Under the pieces are notes generated by a model that was not told the origin of the DNA, did not search any database, and saw only the letters and a list, made by a program, of their open reading frames with translations. A stretch of 63,542 nt of DNA, filler included, from Octopus bimaculoides (Eukaryota): NCBI RefSeq assembly GCF_001194135.2. It is 4 parts of 3 records of this genome, joined end to end, with 100 filler letters (N's around TTAATTAATTAA, not from the genome) between each part and the next. Parts side by side here need not be neighbours in the genome. Positions count along the whole stretch, not along the records: positions 61,588 to 63,542 come from NW_026406834.1; 3 more parts are not named here. The stretch is one strand, 5' to 3'. Shown here in pieces: positions 63,157 to 63,542 of the stretch. A program made the position numbers and the translations under genes. Position 1 is the stretch's first letter; each line of letters starts with the position of its first letter.

Positions 63157-63542
63157 CTTTGTCTATCTATTTGTTTGATCTAAATCCATCTCGTTTTCTT
63201 TCGTTCATTTACACGTCTCTCTTTCCCTTCCGCCCTATCTCTCTGTACATTATAGACAGATACTAACTACCGTGTGTTCATGTCTTTCTATATTTCCCTC
63301 TCACTGTCTCACTAATTATTGTATTACTTCCTTTCTCTTCTCTCTTTCAATCTCCACTCACGACTGTTTCTCTTTTCTCTTCGTTGTCTCTTGCCCCTAC
63401 TCTTCTTTCTCTAGATCTCTTTTGTTCACTCTCTCTACTTCTTCCTTCTCTCTCCTCTCTTTCTCTATTTTCCCCTTCTCTCTCTCTCTGTCACTCATAA
63501 ACTCTCTCTCTGTTTCTCTCTCTCTCTCTGTTTCTCTCTCTC
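61800..63542. repeat. CT-rich low-complexity tract with (CTAT)n/(CCAT)n, interrupted by a gap
   Basis: Visible composition; source of the SL/SIYL-rich ORFs. Confidence 0.92.

Overview
AT-rich, microsatellite-saturated eukaryotic draft-assembly DNA with many N-gaps. The SINE repertoire and repeat texture suggest an octopus or other coleoid cephalopod (inference from pattern recognition, not a search). No host protein-coding gene, rRNA, intact tRNA or CRISPR array can be supported. Nearly all ORF-track entries are translations of microsatellites, N-runs or SINEs. The identifiable content is: (i) tRNA-derived SINEs of at least four families, including co-oriented head-to-tail arrays; (ii) six decayed 3' ends of restriction-like-endonuclease (R4/Dong-type) non-LTR retrotransposons, five nested in an (AAT)n-rich tract at 40.6-43.7 kb; (iii) a ~560-bp non-coding retro-like repeat, one copy fused to such a LINE end; (iv) mariner and hAT-like remnants, minisatellites and gap-edge duplications. 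The most interesting signal lies outside the ORF track: eight hammerhead-ribozyme (HHR) motifs in four unrelated sequence families. Three sit in ~280-320-bp tandem units at two loci (retrozyme-like), two form the arms of a 296-bp palindrome, and three copies (48842, 51070, 60326) keep both conserved core boxes. HHRs in Penelope-like elements and metazoan retrozymes are a known phenomenon. Whether these particular families are already catalogued, or are active, cannot be determined from the sequence alone.
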